DNA from: Mobula hypostoma
Taxonomy: Eukaryota
Direction of reading: 5' to 3'
DNA length: 64,000 bases
Assembly: GCF_963921235.1 (NCBI RefSeq)
Contig: NC_086107.1
Coordinates: forward strand, 113,400,001 to 113,464,000
Part shown: positions 12,420 through 25,623 of the stretch, piece after piece
Layout of the letters: each line of letters starts with the position of its first letter
Numbering within the stretch: position 1 is the first letter of the stretch
Position numbers and translations under genes: made by a program
The notes under the pieces: model-generated
The model's database searches: none
Told to the model about the DNA's origin: nothing
What the model saw: only the letters and a program-made list of their open reading frames with translations

Positions 12420-13200
12420 TAAATGACAACGATTTGGATGACAGAACTGATGGCTTTGTGGCCAAGTTTGCGAATGATCCAGAGATAGGGTGGAGGGGTA
12501 GGTAGTGTTGAGGAATCAGGGAGTCAGCAGATTACAGAGATTAGGAGAATGGGCAAAGAAGTGGCAGATGGAATATAGTGTGGGGAAGTGTACGGCCATG
12601 CACTTTGGTAGAAGGAAAAAGACGTAGACTATTTTCTAAATGGGGAGAAAATTCAAAGATCAGAGCTGCAAAGGGATTTGGGAGTTCTTGTGCAGGATTC
12701 CTGAAAGGTTAACTTGCAGGTTGAGTCGGTGGTGAGGAAGGCAAATGCAATGTTCCCATTCATTTTGAGAGGACTAGAATACAAAAGCAAGGATGTCTGA
12801 ATACTTGTGGAACACCACTCATCACCAGCATCCAAGCAGGAAAGGCTCCCTTTATTCTAAATCTTTGCCTCCTGCCAGTCAGATAATTTTCTATCCATGT
12901 TTGTATCTTTCCCGTAATACGATGGGCTCTTATCTTGTTAGGCAGCCTCATGTGCGGGATCTTGTCAAGGCCTTTTGGAGGAATAGATTTTGGATGGAGA
13001 TGAGGAGAAACTGCTTTTCCCCAGAGAGTAGTGAAAGTGACCCTGTGGAATTCTCTGCCCAGCGAAGCAGTCGAGGGTGCTTCAGACACAGTTAAGTAGA
13101 TTTTTGCATAGCAGAGCTAGTCAGGTTCTGGGGAAAACGCAGGTAGATGGTTCTGAGTCCACAGCCACATAAGCCATGATCTTCTTGAACGACGGAGCCT
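12420..13200 (+). mobile_element. CR1-type LINE fragment with an internally inverted RT segment (~12800-12975)
   Basis: Plus strand encodes FVAKFAND...EWAKKWQMEY; the middle segment encodes DKIPHMRL...SGVPQ on the minus strand. Confidence 0.75.
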
Positions 13201-13470
13201 GCTTCTATTTCTTGTTCAAATGACCAGACATAAGAACAGCTTCTGCCCGACTCCTATCAGAAAACTGGATTGATCACCTTTCCCACTCCCTTTGTAATGG
13301 TGCTGCCACATTCCCTGACCCCAAATTTTATCCTCCTTCCCCTCCCCCACCTTTTTATTCTGGCGTCTTCCCCCTTCCTTTCCAGTCCTCATGAAAGGTG
13401 TCGGCCCAAGATGTCAACTGCTTATTCATTTCTATAGATGCTGCCTGACCTGCTGATTTCCTCCAGAATA

Positions 13471-13472
<2 letters not shown>

Positions 13473-13521
<49 letters not shown>

Positions 13522-13545
13522 GTGTATGTGTTGTGTGTGTTGTGT
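13473..13545. repeat. (TG)n microsatellite
   Basis: Directly visible. Confidence 0.97.
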
Positions 13546-14694
13546 ATTGCTCTGGATTTTCAGTATCTGTGGACTTCCTCGTGTTTATGTTCTACCTCTT
13601 CTGTAATTGCCACTCTAACATTTCATTTTGCACTACCCCAGACTGCGTTACGCTCAATGATCCTCCAAGTTCTTTTTACATGAAAACTGCACGGGCAAAC
13701 CATTGCTCTGAGCAGCAAATTCAGATGCAGCCTGAAAGCTGTGCAGCACTTGAAATGTTTAAGTGTTAAAAAAATTCCATCTGCGAGGCAACAAAGGCTA
13801 TGTGCACAGGGCATTTCAGTCACTGTCTGGCCACGCAGCTTATAGGGAACAGTGACGATAGTCTTTGTACCTCTGTGTTGTTTTGCAATCATTATTGTGT
13901 TTAATGTTTTGATCTGTGAGCTTCACTCAAGCATAGAATTGCACCCAAGTGTTTATGACAATCTATTGACTTGTGATTGACAATTAGAAAATTTTTGGGC
14001 AGATGAGGTTTGTCTGTCATGATGGCAACTCATCTAGAAGGAAAACTTCCATCTCCTTTCAGCTAAACCCACTCATGGGGAAGGCTTCGGGAGTAAACCC
14101 AGAGGAAAAATCCAGAGCTGGAGTCCCTAAGGTAGTCCCGCACTGAGTTCAATGCTGACTGGCAACTCCTGGTACCAAACTGTATCGGTCTCTACCGTTC
14201 GTTTGGATTCATCAGCTGCATGGAGAGGGGTGGCCTGCTACATGTACAACAGCTTGCTCTCCATTTCGTACTGCCCTGGCCTGCATTTCGACTTCAACAG
14301 CTAAGACGCAACATCCATGGTCAACCCCGTGACCAACCGGGGGGCCTTAATCAGGAATTTTAAATCTACATTTTCACCGGGCAAATCCGACATCAATTAG
14401 CCTAACGGAGGTGTTCATCGACCTTTTGGGAATGCACGTTCTCAAGTCATCCAGAGAGCAGGGAGGACTGGAGCTTGCACTGTGCCAAGGAATGGCAAAA
14501 TACAAGATCCAGTCTATGTGAGTGTGTGTTTGAAGACACCCAACATTTTAGGAATATTTTCTCCCATCAACCAGATTTCCAAATGGATAATGAACCCATA
14601 AACATTACCTCACAGTCTTTTTTGCACTACTTATGGTGTATTTCTGTATTGCACTGTAGTGCTGCTGTAAAATAACAGATCTCATGACACTGGG

Positions 14695-14980
14695 TTGGCA
14701 CGGTAGTGTAGCGGTTGGCACAATGCTTTACAGTGGCAGTGACTTGGGTTGAACTCCCGCGGCTGCCTGTAAGGTGTTTGTGTGTTCTCCCCATGAACCG
14801 TGAGGTTTTTTTCTCCAGGTTCTCCGATTTCCTCCCACAGTCTAAAGATGTAGCAGCTAGCAGGCTGACTGGTCACTATAAATTGTCCGGTGATTAGCTA
14901 GGATTTAATCGGTGGTTGCCGGGCGGCCTGGCTCAAAGGGCTGGAAGAGTCTATTCTACACTGTGTCTCGATAAATAAAT
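14695..14980 (+). mobile_element. tRNA-derived V-SINE/HE1-like SINE
   Basis: A/B-box-like head (ggtagtgtagcggtt...gggttgaactcc), central ttcctcccacagtctaaagatgt domain and (aaat)n tail. Related copies at ~12215-12415(-), 22618-23090(+), 24985-25180(-) and 27175-27465(-). Confidence 0.75.
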
Positions 14981-15530
14981 CTGTCTGTCTAGGTACCATA
15001 TCCAATGTGGATGTCGGTGACCATGGTTTTCCATATGGATCTATCCTTCGTTCTTTGGATGACTACCATTTCCTCAATGTGTAACCACCTGGCCAGGCTT
15101 TTGATGTACATAAGCCGAGATCTTCCTTTAGTCTTGCTCCCCTCAATCTTTCCAGAGAGTATGAGTTTTTCTAGTTCATCTGTCTGCATGATGTGTCCTA
15201 GGAATCTGAGTTGTCTTTCTCTTATTGTTGGTATGAGTGATCGAACTGCTTGGGCTCTTCTGAAAACTTCTTCATTTGATGTGTGTGTGGTCCATGATAT
15301 TTTTAACATTCTCCTGTAGAACCATAATTCAGCTGCTTCTAGTCTCTTTTCCATTGCTGAGGAAATGGTCCAGCATTCACTTCCATAAGCCAGGATAGAA
15401 TAAATGTAGCACTGCAGTATTCTGTTTTTAGTGTATGTGCTCATCTCTCTGTCTGTTAATATGGTCTTCATTTTTTGGAGAGCTTCTTTCACTATTGCTA
15501 TTCTGTATTTGATATCTGTGTCGCACCTGC
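14981..15530 (-). mobile_element. RTE-clade LINE 3' end
   Basis: Open 167-aa frame ...YSILAYGSECWT...LEAAELWFYRRMLKISW...NEEV...RQLRFLGHIM...GKIEGSKTKGR...DRSIWK, followed by an (AGAC)n tail. Confidence 0.9.
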
Positions 15531-15801
15531 CGTTACTTGTTATTAGACTGCCAAGATATTTGAATTTGTTGACTTGTTTGATGTTTGTATAAACAAATAA
15601 GCAATAAATAAAATATTTCAGTGATAATAAACTTGATTGTGATTCTAAGTAGGGTTGTTGACCCTATGAGAAGTTGTGTCATAGATACAGCACAGAAACA
15701 GGCCATTCGGGCCATCTGCTCCATGCGACTCAGGTGCCCATCCAAATTAGTCCCACTTGTCAGTATTTGGCCCATAAACTTCTAAACCTTTCCTATCCAT
15801 G

Positions 15802-16160
15802 TACACTCGGTGGCCTCTTTATAAGGTTCACCTGTACACTTGCTCCTTACTGTGAATATCTCAACAGCCAATCACGTGGCAGCAACTCAATGCGTAGAAG
15901 CATGCCAACATGGCCAAGAGGTTCTGTTGTTGTTCAGACCAAACATCAGAATGGAGAAGAAATATGATCAAAGCGACTTTGACAGTGGAATGTTTGTTGG
16001 TGCCAGACGGGGTGGTTTGAGTATCTCAGAAACTGCTGATCTTCTGGAATTTTCACACACAACAGCCCATCTAGAGTTTACAGAGAACGGTATGAATGAA
16101 AACCCAAAGAAAATACAGTGAGCAGCAGTTCTGTAGGTGAAAATGCCTTGTTAATGAGAC
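15802..16160 (+). mobile_element. Tc1-like DNA transposon fragment
   Basis: tacactcggtggcc end plus transposase N-terminus MEKKYDQSDFDSGMFVGARRGGLSISETADLLEFS. Confidence 0.85.
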
Positions 16161-16977
16161 AGTGGGTGGTGAAGTTGAGACACATCTCTACAAAAGGGGA
16201 TGTAGGGTGCTCTTTCCCTCCGCTGGCCTGCAGGTCACCTTTGGGCAAGGTGAGCATCTGCTTAGCCCCCTGATCAGGGTGATATGAAGTCATGGGAGCA
16301 GGTGGTGGATGGATGTTTGAGCTGCTGGTGCATATCACAAGTCCTGGTTATGCGACCACTGACACCAGGCAAACAACCTCTAACGAGTATTGATAATGGC
16401 TGGGGTCACCCGTCTTGTAATGATACTGCCCTGAAGAAGGCAACGGCAAACCACTTCTGAAGAAAGATTTACCAAGAATCATGGTCATGGATAGAGAAAA
16501 GAATAATAACAGTGTGAAGGGGGTCTTCCCCACAGGAAGATTATACATAGATGGAAGACCATGATAACGAACTCCCTAAAAAGGCATCCGTTAGTCTTGT
16601 GAGACCATGGATCTGTGCCTGGAAAATCTTCACTTTCCAGGGCGCAGGCCTGGGAAAGGTTGTATGGAAGACCAGCAGTTGCCCATGCTACAAGTCTCCT
16701 CTCTCCACGACACCAATGTTGTCCAAGGGAAGGGCATTAGGACCCATACAGATACAGAACTCCCTACTGTATCTCATTTAAAGTGTCACCAGATAATTTG
16801 TTCTTTACTATACAATAGTTAATTTATGGACTGTGCTTTGTTTATCTATGCATAATTCACTTGTAGATTTCATATTTACTTGTCAAAGTTATTGTTAAAT
16901 CTATGCCCTCTAGTTCTTGATTCTGCAGCCCTGGGTAAACGGCTGAGTGCACTCACTGTGATGACAATACAAATGGC

Positions 16978-17870
16978 TTTTGCAACACACATTAAAGTTG
17001 CTGGTGAACGCAGCAGGCCAGGCAGCATCTCTAGGAAGAGGTACAGTCGACGTTTCGGGCTGAGACCCTTCGTCAGGACTAACTGAAGGAAGAGTGAGTA
17101 AGGGATTTGAAAGTGGGAGGGGGAGAGGGAGATCCAAAATGATAGGAGAAGACAGGAGGGGGAGGGATGGAGCCAAGAGCTGGACAGGTGATAGGCAAAA
17201 GGGATTTGAGAGGATCATGGGACAGGAGGCCCAGGGAGAAGGAAAAGGGGGAGGGGAGGAACCCAGAGGACGGGCAAGGGGTATAGTCAGAGGGACAGAG
17301 GGAGAAAAAGGAGAGAGAGAGAAAGAATGTGTGTATATAAATAAATAACGGATGGGGTATGAGGGGAGGTGGGGCATTAGCGGAAGTTAGAGAAGTCAAT
17401 GTTTATGCCATCAGGTTGGAGGCTACCCAGATGGAATATAAGGTGTTGTTCCTCCAACCTGAATGTGGCTTCATCTTTACAGCAGAGGAGGCTGTGGATA
17501 GACATGTCAGAATGGGAATGGGATGTGGAATTAAAATGTGTGGCCACTGGGAGATCCTGCTTTCTCTGGCGGACAGAGCGTAGGTGTTCAGCAAAACGAT
17601 CTCCCAATCTGTGTCAGGTCTCGCCAATATATAGAAGGCCACATCGGGAGCACCGGACACAGTATATCACCCCAGCCGACTCACAGGTGAAGTGTCGCCT
17701 CACCTGGAAGGACTGTTTGGGGCCCTGAATGGTGGTAAGGGAGGAAGTGTAAGGGCATGTGTAGCACTTGTTCCGCTTACAAGAACAAGTGCCAGGAGGG
17801 AGATCAGTGGGGAGGGATGGGGGGGACGAATGGACAAGGGAGTCGCGTAGGGAGTGATCCCTGCAGAAAG
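16978..17870 (-). mobile_element. Penelope-like element 3' part (GIY-YIG)
   Basis: VIYCVRCSRCGLLYIGET...GDRFAEHLRSV...PVATHFN...LEEQHLIF. Related copies at ~26345-26900(+), 36950-37690(-) and 50370-51000(-). Confidence 0.9.
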
Positions 17871-18181
17871 CAGAAATGGATGGATTTTGCAATCGTTTTG
17901 AGAGAGGAAAGGCTATGTATAATTCAGGGAGACACAAGAGAAACTTCAGATGTTGGAATCGGAAGTGAAAGAACCCACTGACGCTCAGTGGGTTGAAGAG
18001 CATCTGTGGAGTCAGAGGGACATTTGACACTTTGGGCTGGGACCCTGCTTCACCTTATCAGCAACAATAAAGAGTTGGAGGGCAGAGAGAAAGTGGAGCG
18101 GCTGGGGGACTGAATAAGAAGGCACATCAGCACCTTCACTCCCTGAGGAGATAGAAGCAATCAAGGCCCCCCACATCTTAA

Positions 18182-20450
18182 ATGCATTTTATGAGGCAAA
18201 GGGCAAATTATGAGGCTATAAGGCTAGAACTGGTGGGTGTGAATTGGGATGATGTTTTTGCAGGGAAATGTACTCTGGACATGTGGTCGATGTTTAGAGA
18301 TCTCTTGCAGGATGTTAAGGATAAATTTGTTCCGGTGAGGAAGATAAAGAATGGTAGGGTGAAGGAACCATGGGTGACAAGTGAGGTGGAAAATCTAGTC
18401 AGATGGAAGAAAGCAGCATACATGAGGTTTAGGAAGCAAGGATCAGATGGGTCTATTGAGGAATATAGGGTAGCAAGAAAGGAGCTTAAGAAGGGGCTGA
18501 GAAGAGCAAGAAGGGGGCATGAGAAGGCCTTGGTGAGTAGGGTAAAAGAATCCCCAACGCATTCTTCAATTATTGAAGAACAAAAGGATGACAGGAGTGA
18601 AGGTAGGACCGATTAGAGATAAAGGTGGGAAGATGTGCCTGGAGGCTGTGGAAGTGAGCAAGGTCCTCAGCGAATACTTTTCTTTGGTATTCACCAATGA
18701 GCAGGAACTTGATGATGGTGAGGACAATATGAGTGAGGTTGATGTTCTGGAGCATGTAGATATTAAGGGAGAGGAGGTGTTGGAGTTGTTAAAATACATT
18801 AGGACGGATAAGATCCCGGGGCCTGACGGAATATTCCCCAGGCTGCTCCATGAGGCAAGGGAAGAGATCACTGAGCCTCTGGCTAGGATCTTTTTTTTTT
18901 GTAATTTATTTTTTATTAAATTTCATCATCAAACATTTCCATAAGATGTATTTCAGATACTGTACATATATATTACATAATCATATTTGTCACAAATCGA
19001 TCTTTATGTCCTCGTTGTCCCCGGGAATGGTACCGGAGGATTGGAGGGAGGCGAATGTTGTTCGCTTGTTCAGAAAAGGTAGTAGGGATAGTCCGGGTAA
19101 ATATAGACCAGTGAGCCTTATGTCTGTGGTGGGAAAGCTGTTGAAAAAGATTCTTAGAGATGGGATCCATGGGCATTTAGAGAATCATGGTCTGATCAGG
19201 GACAGGCTTTGTGAAGTGCAGATTGTGTCTAACAAGCCTGATAGAGTTCTTTGAGGAGGTGACCAGGCATATAGATGAGGGTAGTGCAGTGGATGTGATC
19301 TAAATAGATTTTAGTAAGGCATTTGACAAGGTTCCACACGGTAGGCTTATTCAGAAAGTCGGAAGGCATGGGATCCAAGGATGTTTGGCCAGGTGGATTC
19401 AGAATTGGCTTGCCTGCAGAAGGCAGAGGGTCGTAGTACATTCAGATTGGAGGGTTGTGACTAGTGGTGTCCCACAAGGATCTGTTCTGGGACCTCTACT
19501 CTTCGTGATTTTTATTAACGACCTGGATGTTGGGGTAGAAGGGTGGGTTGGCAAGTTTGCAGATGACACAAAGGTTGGTGGTGTAGATAGTGTAGAGGAT
19601 TGTCGAAGATTTCAGAGAGACATTGATTGGATGCAGAAGTGGACTGAGAAGTGGCAGATGGAGTTCAACCCGGAGAAGTGTGAGGTGGTACACTTTGGAA
19701 GGACAAACTCCAAGGCAGAGTACAAAGTAAATGGCAGGATACTTGGTAGTGTGGAGGAACAGAGGGATCTTGGGGTACATGTCCACAGATCCCTGAAAGT
19801 TGCCTCACAGGTGGATAGGGTAGTTAAGAAAGCTTATGGGGTGTTAGCTTTCATAAGTCGAGCGATAGAGTTTAAGAGTTGTGATGTAATGATGCAGCTC
19901 TATAAAACTCTGGTTAGGCCACACTTGGAGTACTGTGTCCAGTTCTGGTCGCCTCACTATAGGAAGGATGTGGAAACATTGGAAAGGGTACAGAGGAGAT
20001 TTACCAGGATGCTGCCTGGTTTAGAGAGTATGCATTATGATCAGAGATTAAGGGAGCTAGGGCTTTACTCTTTGGAGAGAAGGAGGATGAGAGGAGACAT
20101 GATAGAGGTGTACAAGATAATAAGAGGAATAGATAGAGTGGATAGCCAGCACCTCTTCCCCAGGGCACCACTGCTCAATACAAGAGGACATGGCTTTAAA
20201 GTAAGGGGTGGGAAGTTCAAGGGGATATTAGAGGAAGGTTTTTTACTCAGAGAGTGGTTGGTGTGTGGAATGCACTGCCTGAGTCAGTGGTGGAGGCAGA
20301 TACACTAGTGAAGTTTAAGAGACTACTAGACAGGTATATGGAGGAATTTAAGGTGGGGGGGCGGTTATATGGGAGGCAGGGTTTGAGGGTCAGCACATTG
20401 TGGGCCGAAGGGCCTGTACTGTGCTGTACTGTTCTGTGTTCTATGTTCTA
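18182..20450 (+). mobile_element. CR1-type LINE ORF2 (RT) relic, ~2.3 kb
   Basis: GPDGIFPRLL, YRPVSL, SGVPQGSVLGPLLF, KFADDTK, RPHLEYCVQFWSP; contains frameshifts and a nested insertion. Confidence 0.95.
18894..18998 (-). mobile_element. Short poly(A) retro-insertion (L1-like) nested in CR1
   Basis: GATCTTT duplicated at 18887-18893 and 18999-19005; poly-T/tttatt at the left end on +. Confidence 0.8.
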
Positions 20451-20454
20451 TGTT

Positions 20455-21010
20455 ACAGGAGCACCAGTGAGAACGACCTGACAAGCTGCTTCTCCATCTG
20501 GTCTGGGAGCAGCAGAGCATCGGACCGGAATTCCCTACAAAGGACTGTGAGAACAGCCAAGAGGATCATAGGGGTCTCTCTACCATCCACTGGGGTTATT
20601 TATCAGGAGCACTGCATATGCAGTGCCTTTACTATTACCAAGGATCCCACCCATCCATCCAGCATCCTCTTTGACTTTCTACCATCAGGCAGGAGACTCC
20701 GATGCGTAAAGACAAGAACGGCCAGGATGGGAAACAGTTTCTTCCCTCAGGCCATTAGGCTTCTGAACTCCCCACCGCATCGTATTCGAAGTGTCTCCGG
20801 GTAATTTGTTCTGTACCCTACAATATTTAATGTATGCACTTTACTTTGTTTATCTATGTGTAATTCATTTGTAGATTTAATTCTTACTTTCCTAAGTTAT
20901 TTTGTGTTGTATGTGTGTCATGTGTACTACTGCACTGTACTCCCTGGTCTGGAGAAATGTCGTCTCCTTTGGTGGTACACATGTATATAGTTAAATGACA
21001 ACAAACTTGA
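20455..21010 (+). mobile_element. Rex1/Babar-type LINE 3' end
   Basis: LQRTVRTAKRIIG...DPTHP...LPSGRR...NSFFPQAIRLLN. Related pieces at ~23820-24640(-), 34430-34770(+), 56690-56960(-), 57250-57650(+), 58960-59260(+) and 59500-59710(+). Confidence 0.85.
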
Positions 21011-21059
21011 TGTGACAAATATGCAGAGTGGCCAGATTATCAGCTAAATTAGCTACTGA

Positions 21060-21440
21060 GTGTCTGTCCGTGGTCTTCTGCTGCTGAACCCTGCACACTT
21101 CAGAGATGCTCTTCTGCCCATCACTGTTCTAACGTGTGGTTATTTGAGTTACTGTCGTCTTCCTGTCAGCTTGAACCAGTCTGGCCATTCTCCTCAGACC
21201 TCTCTCATTAACAAGGGGTTTTCACCCACAGAACTGCTGCTCACTGAATTTTTTTTGTTTCTTCGTACCATTTTCTGTAAATTCCAGAGGCTGTTGTGCA
21301 TGAAAATCCCAGGAGATCAGAGGATTCTGAGATACCCAAACACCTTGTCTGGCACCAACAATCATTCCACGGTCAAAGTCACTTAGATCACGTTTCTTCC
21401 CCATTCTGATGTTTGGTCTGAACAACAACCGAACCTCTGG
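21060..21440 (-). mobile_element. Tc1-like transposon fragment
   Basis: MGKKRDLSDFDRGMIVGAR on the minus strand. Confidence 0.85.
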
Positions 21441-22711
21441 ACTGTGTCCTTTGATGCCACACGAGCTGGGAGAAAGAGCTTGTTTCTGTGCTGCGTGTGA
21501 CCCCGTGATCCAAACAACCTCGTGCTTACATGAAGTTCGTTTTTCTTTAAACTATTAAAACAAAACTCGAACTAAAATCCCCCAGTTGCCATGGTGAGGT
21601 TTGAACTTAGCAATCCGAATCAATAGTCCACAATTCTGGCTCCTCGTTCAGTAACATAACCTTTATGATACTGAACACAGGTGCCAATCTTAGCGATATA
21701 ATCACAAGAGATACTGAATAGGGTTACAGATCACTACAGCACAGAAGCAGGCCTCTCGGCCCATCTAGTCCATGTTCTGCCCATCGACCTGCACCTGGCC
21801 CACAGCCCTCCATACTCCCCCCATCATTGTGAACATAGAATAGTAAACATAGGAACAGGCCCTTCGGCCCACACTTGAGGGCCTTGATAGGTCAGGGTTG
21901 ACTATCGATATTGTGTCCCAGCCCTCTACATAATACACAAGCCAGGCCAGTACGATACGGAGAGCAAGATGTTGCCCCGTGGCCGATACAGTTTGGCACC
22001 GTCGGTGTCGCAGGAGCTGCCACTCACTCAGTGTCAAGCTCAACGTGGGACCGCCTTAGGGACTCCAGCTCTGGAATTTTTCTTCAGCGTTTGCTCCTGA
22101 AGCCTTCCCCGTGAGTGAGAATGGCCACAAGGCAGCGGAGGTTCGAGGGCAGAGCTTTCAGCCCACGATGCTGGGTCAAATCAATTAAATTAGTAATCAA
22201 ATGGCCAACTAAACTAATCCTTTCTACCCACACAATGTCAATATCCTTCCATTTCCCACACATTCATGTGTCTATCTAAACATCTTTTAAGAGTATCTAA
22301 TATATCTGCTTCTACCATACCCAAATTTTCTTAAAATGCCCACTTCCACGGGCAGCTCGTTCCACACTCTCACCACCCCCTGAGTGAAGAAGTTCCCCTT
22401 CAGGTTCCCTTTAAGCATTTCACCTTTCACTTGTAACCTCCAGTTCTAGTCTCACCCAACCTTAAAGGAAAAAACATGCTCGCACTTTCCCTATCCAAAC
22501 CCATCATAACTATTAAATCTCTCCTCACTCTCCTACGCTCCAGGGAATGAAGTCCAAACCTGTTCAAACTTTCCTGATAGCTCAGGTGCTCGAGGCCTGA
22601 CAACATCCTCGTAAGTCACGGTAGCATAGTGGTCAGCACAACTCTGTGCAGTACCAGCAATCCCTGTTCAATTCCTGCCACTGCCTGTGAGGAATCTGCA
22701 TGTTCCCCCAG

Positions 22712-22936
22712 AGCTGGGCATGTGGCTAAGTGGTTAAGGCGTTCTTCTAGTTACCTCAAGGTCGCTGGTTCGAGCCTCAGCTGTGGCAGCGTGTTTGTGC
22801 CCTTGAGCAAGGCACTTAACCACACATTGCTCTAGTCTGTGCAAGGAGTGGCGCCCCACACAGACTTCCAATCTGCGCCCTGTAAGGCATGAAAACGCTC
22901 GACGCAGGCCTCCCATGGTCTGAGTCAACGTTCCCC
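22712..22936 (+). mobile_element. tRNA-derived CORE-like SINE nested in a V-SINE
   Basis: A box tggctaagtgg, B box ggttcgagcc and CORE-like cccttgagcaaggcacttaacc; TCCCCCAG TSD at 22704-22711 and 22937-22944. Confidence 0.8.
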
Positions 22937-25623
22937 TCCCCCAGTGATCGTGTGGGTCTCCTCCAGGTGTTCGGGTTCAAATGAATACCAGTTGGTAGGT
23001 TAATTGGTCATTGTAAATTGTCCGTGATTAGGCTAGGATTAAATTGGGGGAGTACTGGGTGGCACGGCTTGATAAATTAATTAATTATTTTTCTCTGCGC
23101 TCTTTCAATCTTATTGACATCCTTCCTGTAGGTAGATGACTAGAAATGCACGCAGTACTCTAAATTAGGCTGCAGATGCTGGTAATCCAGCGCAACACAT
23201 ACACAAAATGCTGGAGGAACTCAGCAGGTCAGGCAGCATCTATGGAAAGGAATGTTTCAGACTGAGACCCTTCACCAGGACTGAAACCTTGACTGTTTAT
23301 TCTCCTCTACAGATGCTCTCTGACCTGCTGAAATCTGACGGCGAAAAGGAAGAAGCTGTTTCTAAAACACTGAGTGCGTGTCTTCAGGCTCCTGTACCTC
23401 CTCCTTGATGAGAAGAGGCCACCTCCTGGTTAATGGAGGTAAACGCTCTCAAGACCAGCAAAACAGACTGACAGGTGATCTCACAGGGGTGTATAAAGTC
23501 AGGAGGAGTGTAGATGAGGTGAACACACTCAGTCTTTATCCCGGGGGCTAGGGCATCAAGAACTAGAGGACACAGCTTTAAAGTGGGGGGAGGGAGGGGA
23601 AAGATTTCAAAAGGACCTGAGGGGCAACTTTTTCGACATAGGTGGTGGGTGTACGGTTTGAGCTGCCAGACAAAGTGGTTGAAGCAGGTACAACTACGAC
23701 ATTTAAAAGATACACTATCCTGGTTGGGAAACATGAAACTTTCTCCCTGTGGCACCTCACTCACAGAGGGAATCATCCTGAGTGGATGCGATGGCAGAGA
23801 AACAACTCGCATTTATATCACATCTTGTCAGAATCAGAAATCACGTTTACTTTCACCGACCAAAATTTGTTGTTTTGTGGACAGGCATAAAAAAATGACT
23901 ATTTGTACAATAAGTACATAATGCAAAAGAGGAATAGTGAGGTAGTGTTCATGGGTTCAATGTCCATTCAGAAATCGGATGGCAGAGGGGAAGAAGCTGT
24001 TCCTGAATCGTTGAATGTGTGTCTTCAGGCTCCTGTACCTCCTCCCTGATGGTAGCAATGAGAACTGGGCACAAACGGGTGGTGGGGGTCCTCGAGGATG
24101 GATGCCACCTTCTTGAGGCATCGCTCCTTGAAGATGTCCTGGATACTACGGAGGCTGGTGCCCATGATGGTGCTGACTGATCTTACAGCTCTCTGCAGCT
24201 TATTTCGATCTGGTGCAGGAGCCCCCCTATACTGGATGGTGATGCAGCCAGCTAGAATGCTCTCCACGGGATAGCTGTACAAATTTGCAAATGTCTTTGG
24301 TGACAATACCAAATGTCCTCAAACTCCTAATGAAGTACAGCCTTCTTTGGAGTGGCATCGACACGTTGGGGCCAGGTTAGATCCTCAGAGATATTGACAC
24401 CCTGGAACTTGAAATTGCTCCCTCTCTCCACTTCTGATCCCTCTATGAGGACTGGTGTGTGTTCCCTCATCTTGCCCTTTCTGAAGTACACAATCAGTTC
24501 CTTCATCTTACTGACACCAAGTGCAAGGTTGTTGTTCCGACACCACTCAACTAGCTGGTATATCTTGCTCCTGTACGGCCTCCTGTCACCATCCGAGATT
24601 CTGCCAACAATAGTTGTATTGGCGGCAAATTTACAGATCGCCCTTTTCCACTGATTAATCTTTTTAGGATGCCCTTACCAATTTAGACACTGCAAGGACA
24701 GATTCTTCCCCCTGCTGATGTAAGACAACTCTGTGGCCCCTAGTTCAATAAGTTGGACTCTTCACCTCACAATTTCCCTCGTTATGCCTTTGCACCTTAT
24801 TATTTGCCTATCGTGCATTTTTTTTCAGAAACTTTATTCCGCATTCTGTTATTGTCTTTCCTTTTTTCCAATCAATGCCCCCATTGGATTGAAGAGATTT
24901 TTTTTAAGGATGGCGTGCAAAAAAAAGTTTTATCTTCCACTGTTCCTCGGTAGGTTTGACACTAATAAACCAATGTACTAATTTTATTTTATGTATTTAT
25001 TAAGATACAGTGCAGAATAGGCCCTACCGGCCCCTCGATCTGTGCTGCCCAGCGACCCCCCAGTTTAATCACGGGACAATTAACCGGTCGGAGGGAACTG
25101 GAGTGAGGAGAACGTGCGAACTCTTTACAGGCAGAGGCGGGAATCGAACCGAGGTCGCCTGCGTTAAGCGCAGTGGTTAGCAGAAGGAAAAAGTCTGCCG
25201 ATGCTGGAAATCCCAAAGCGACGCGTACAAAATGCCGGAGGAACTCAGCAAGTCAGGCAGTATCTGTGGAAATGAAGAGACAGTCGGCGTTTCGGGCCCA
25301 GACTCTTCGTCAGGGCTGACGGTTCTCGGCCCAAAACTCTCTGTTAATTTCCACAGTTGCCGCCTGACCGGCTGAGTTCCTCCAGCGTTTTGGGTGTGTT
25401 GCTTCAGAACCTTTCCTAGTTTACCTATTGATTAGGTTACAGACAGGGAATTTTAGTAACCAGCAGATAAACTGTTAGTGATGTTGCTTGGAGGTTTACC
25501 ATAGGTGTCTCTCCTGCTTTCCAGGGACCCAACCAGGGTCTCAACCCCTCCATCTCCTGCCAAATCTGACCCAGAGACGGAGGAGCCCCAAAAACTCCGG
25601 CGGCTGACTGCGGTCTCACTTAC

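Noticed and set aside
19385..20308. 307-aa RT ORF as an active or domesticated gene
   Set aside because: The upstream part of the same CR1 has stops, frameshifts and an insertion, and the element is 5'-truncated.
22712..22790. tRNA gene
   Set aside because: The A/B boxes continue into a SINE body flanked by TSDs, with no complete cloverleaf or terminator.
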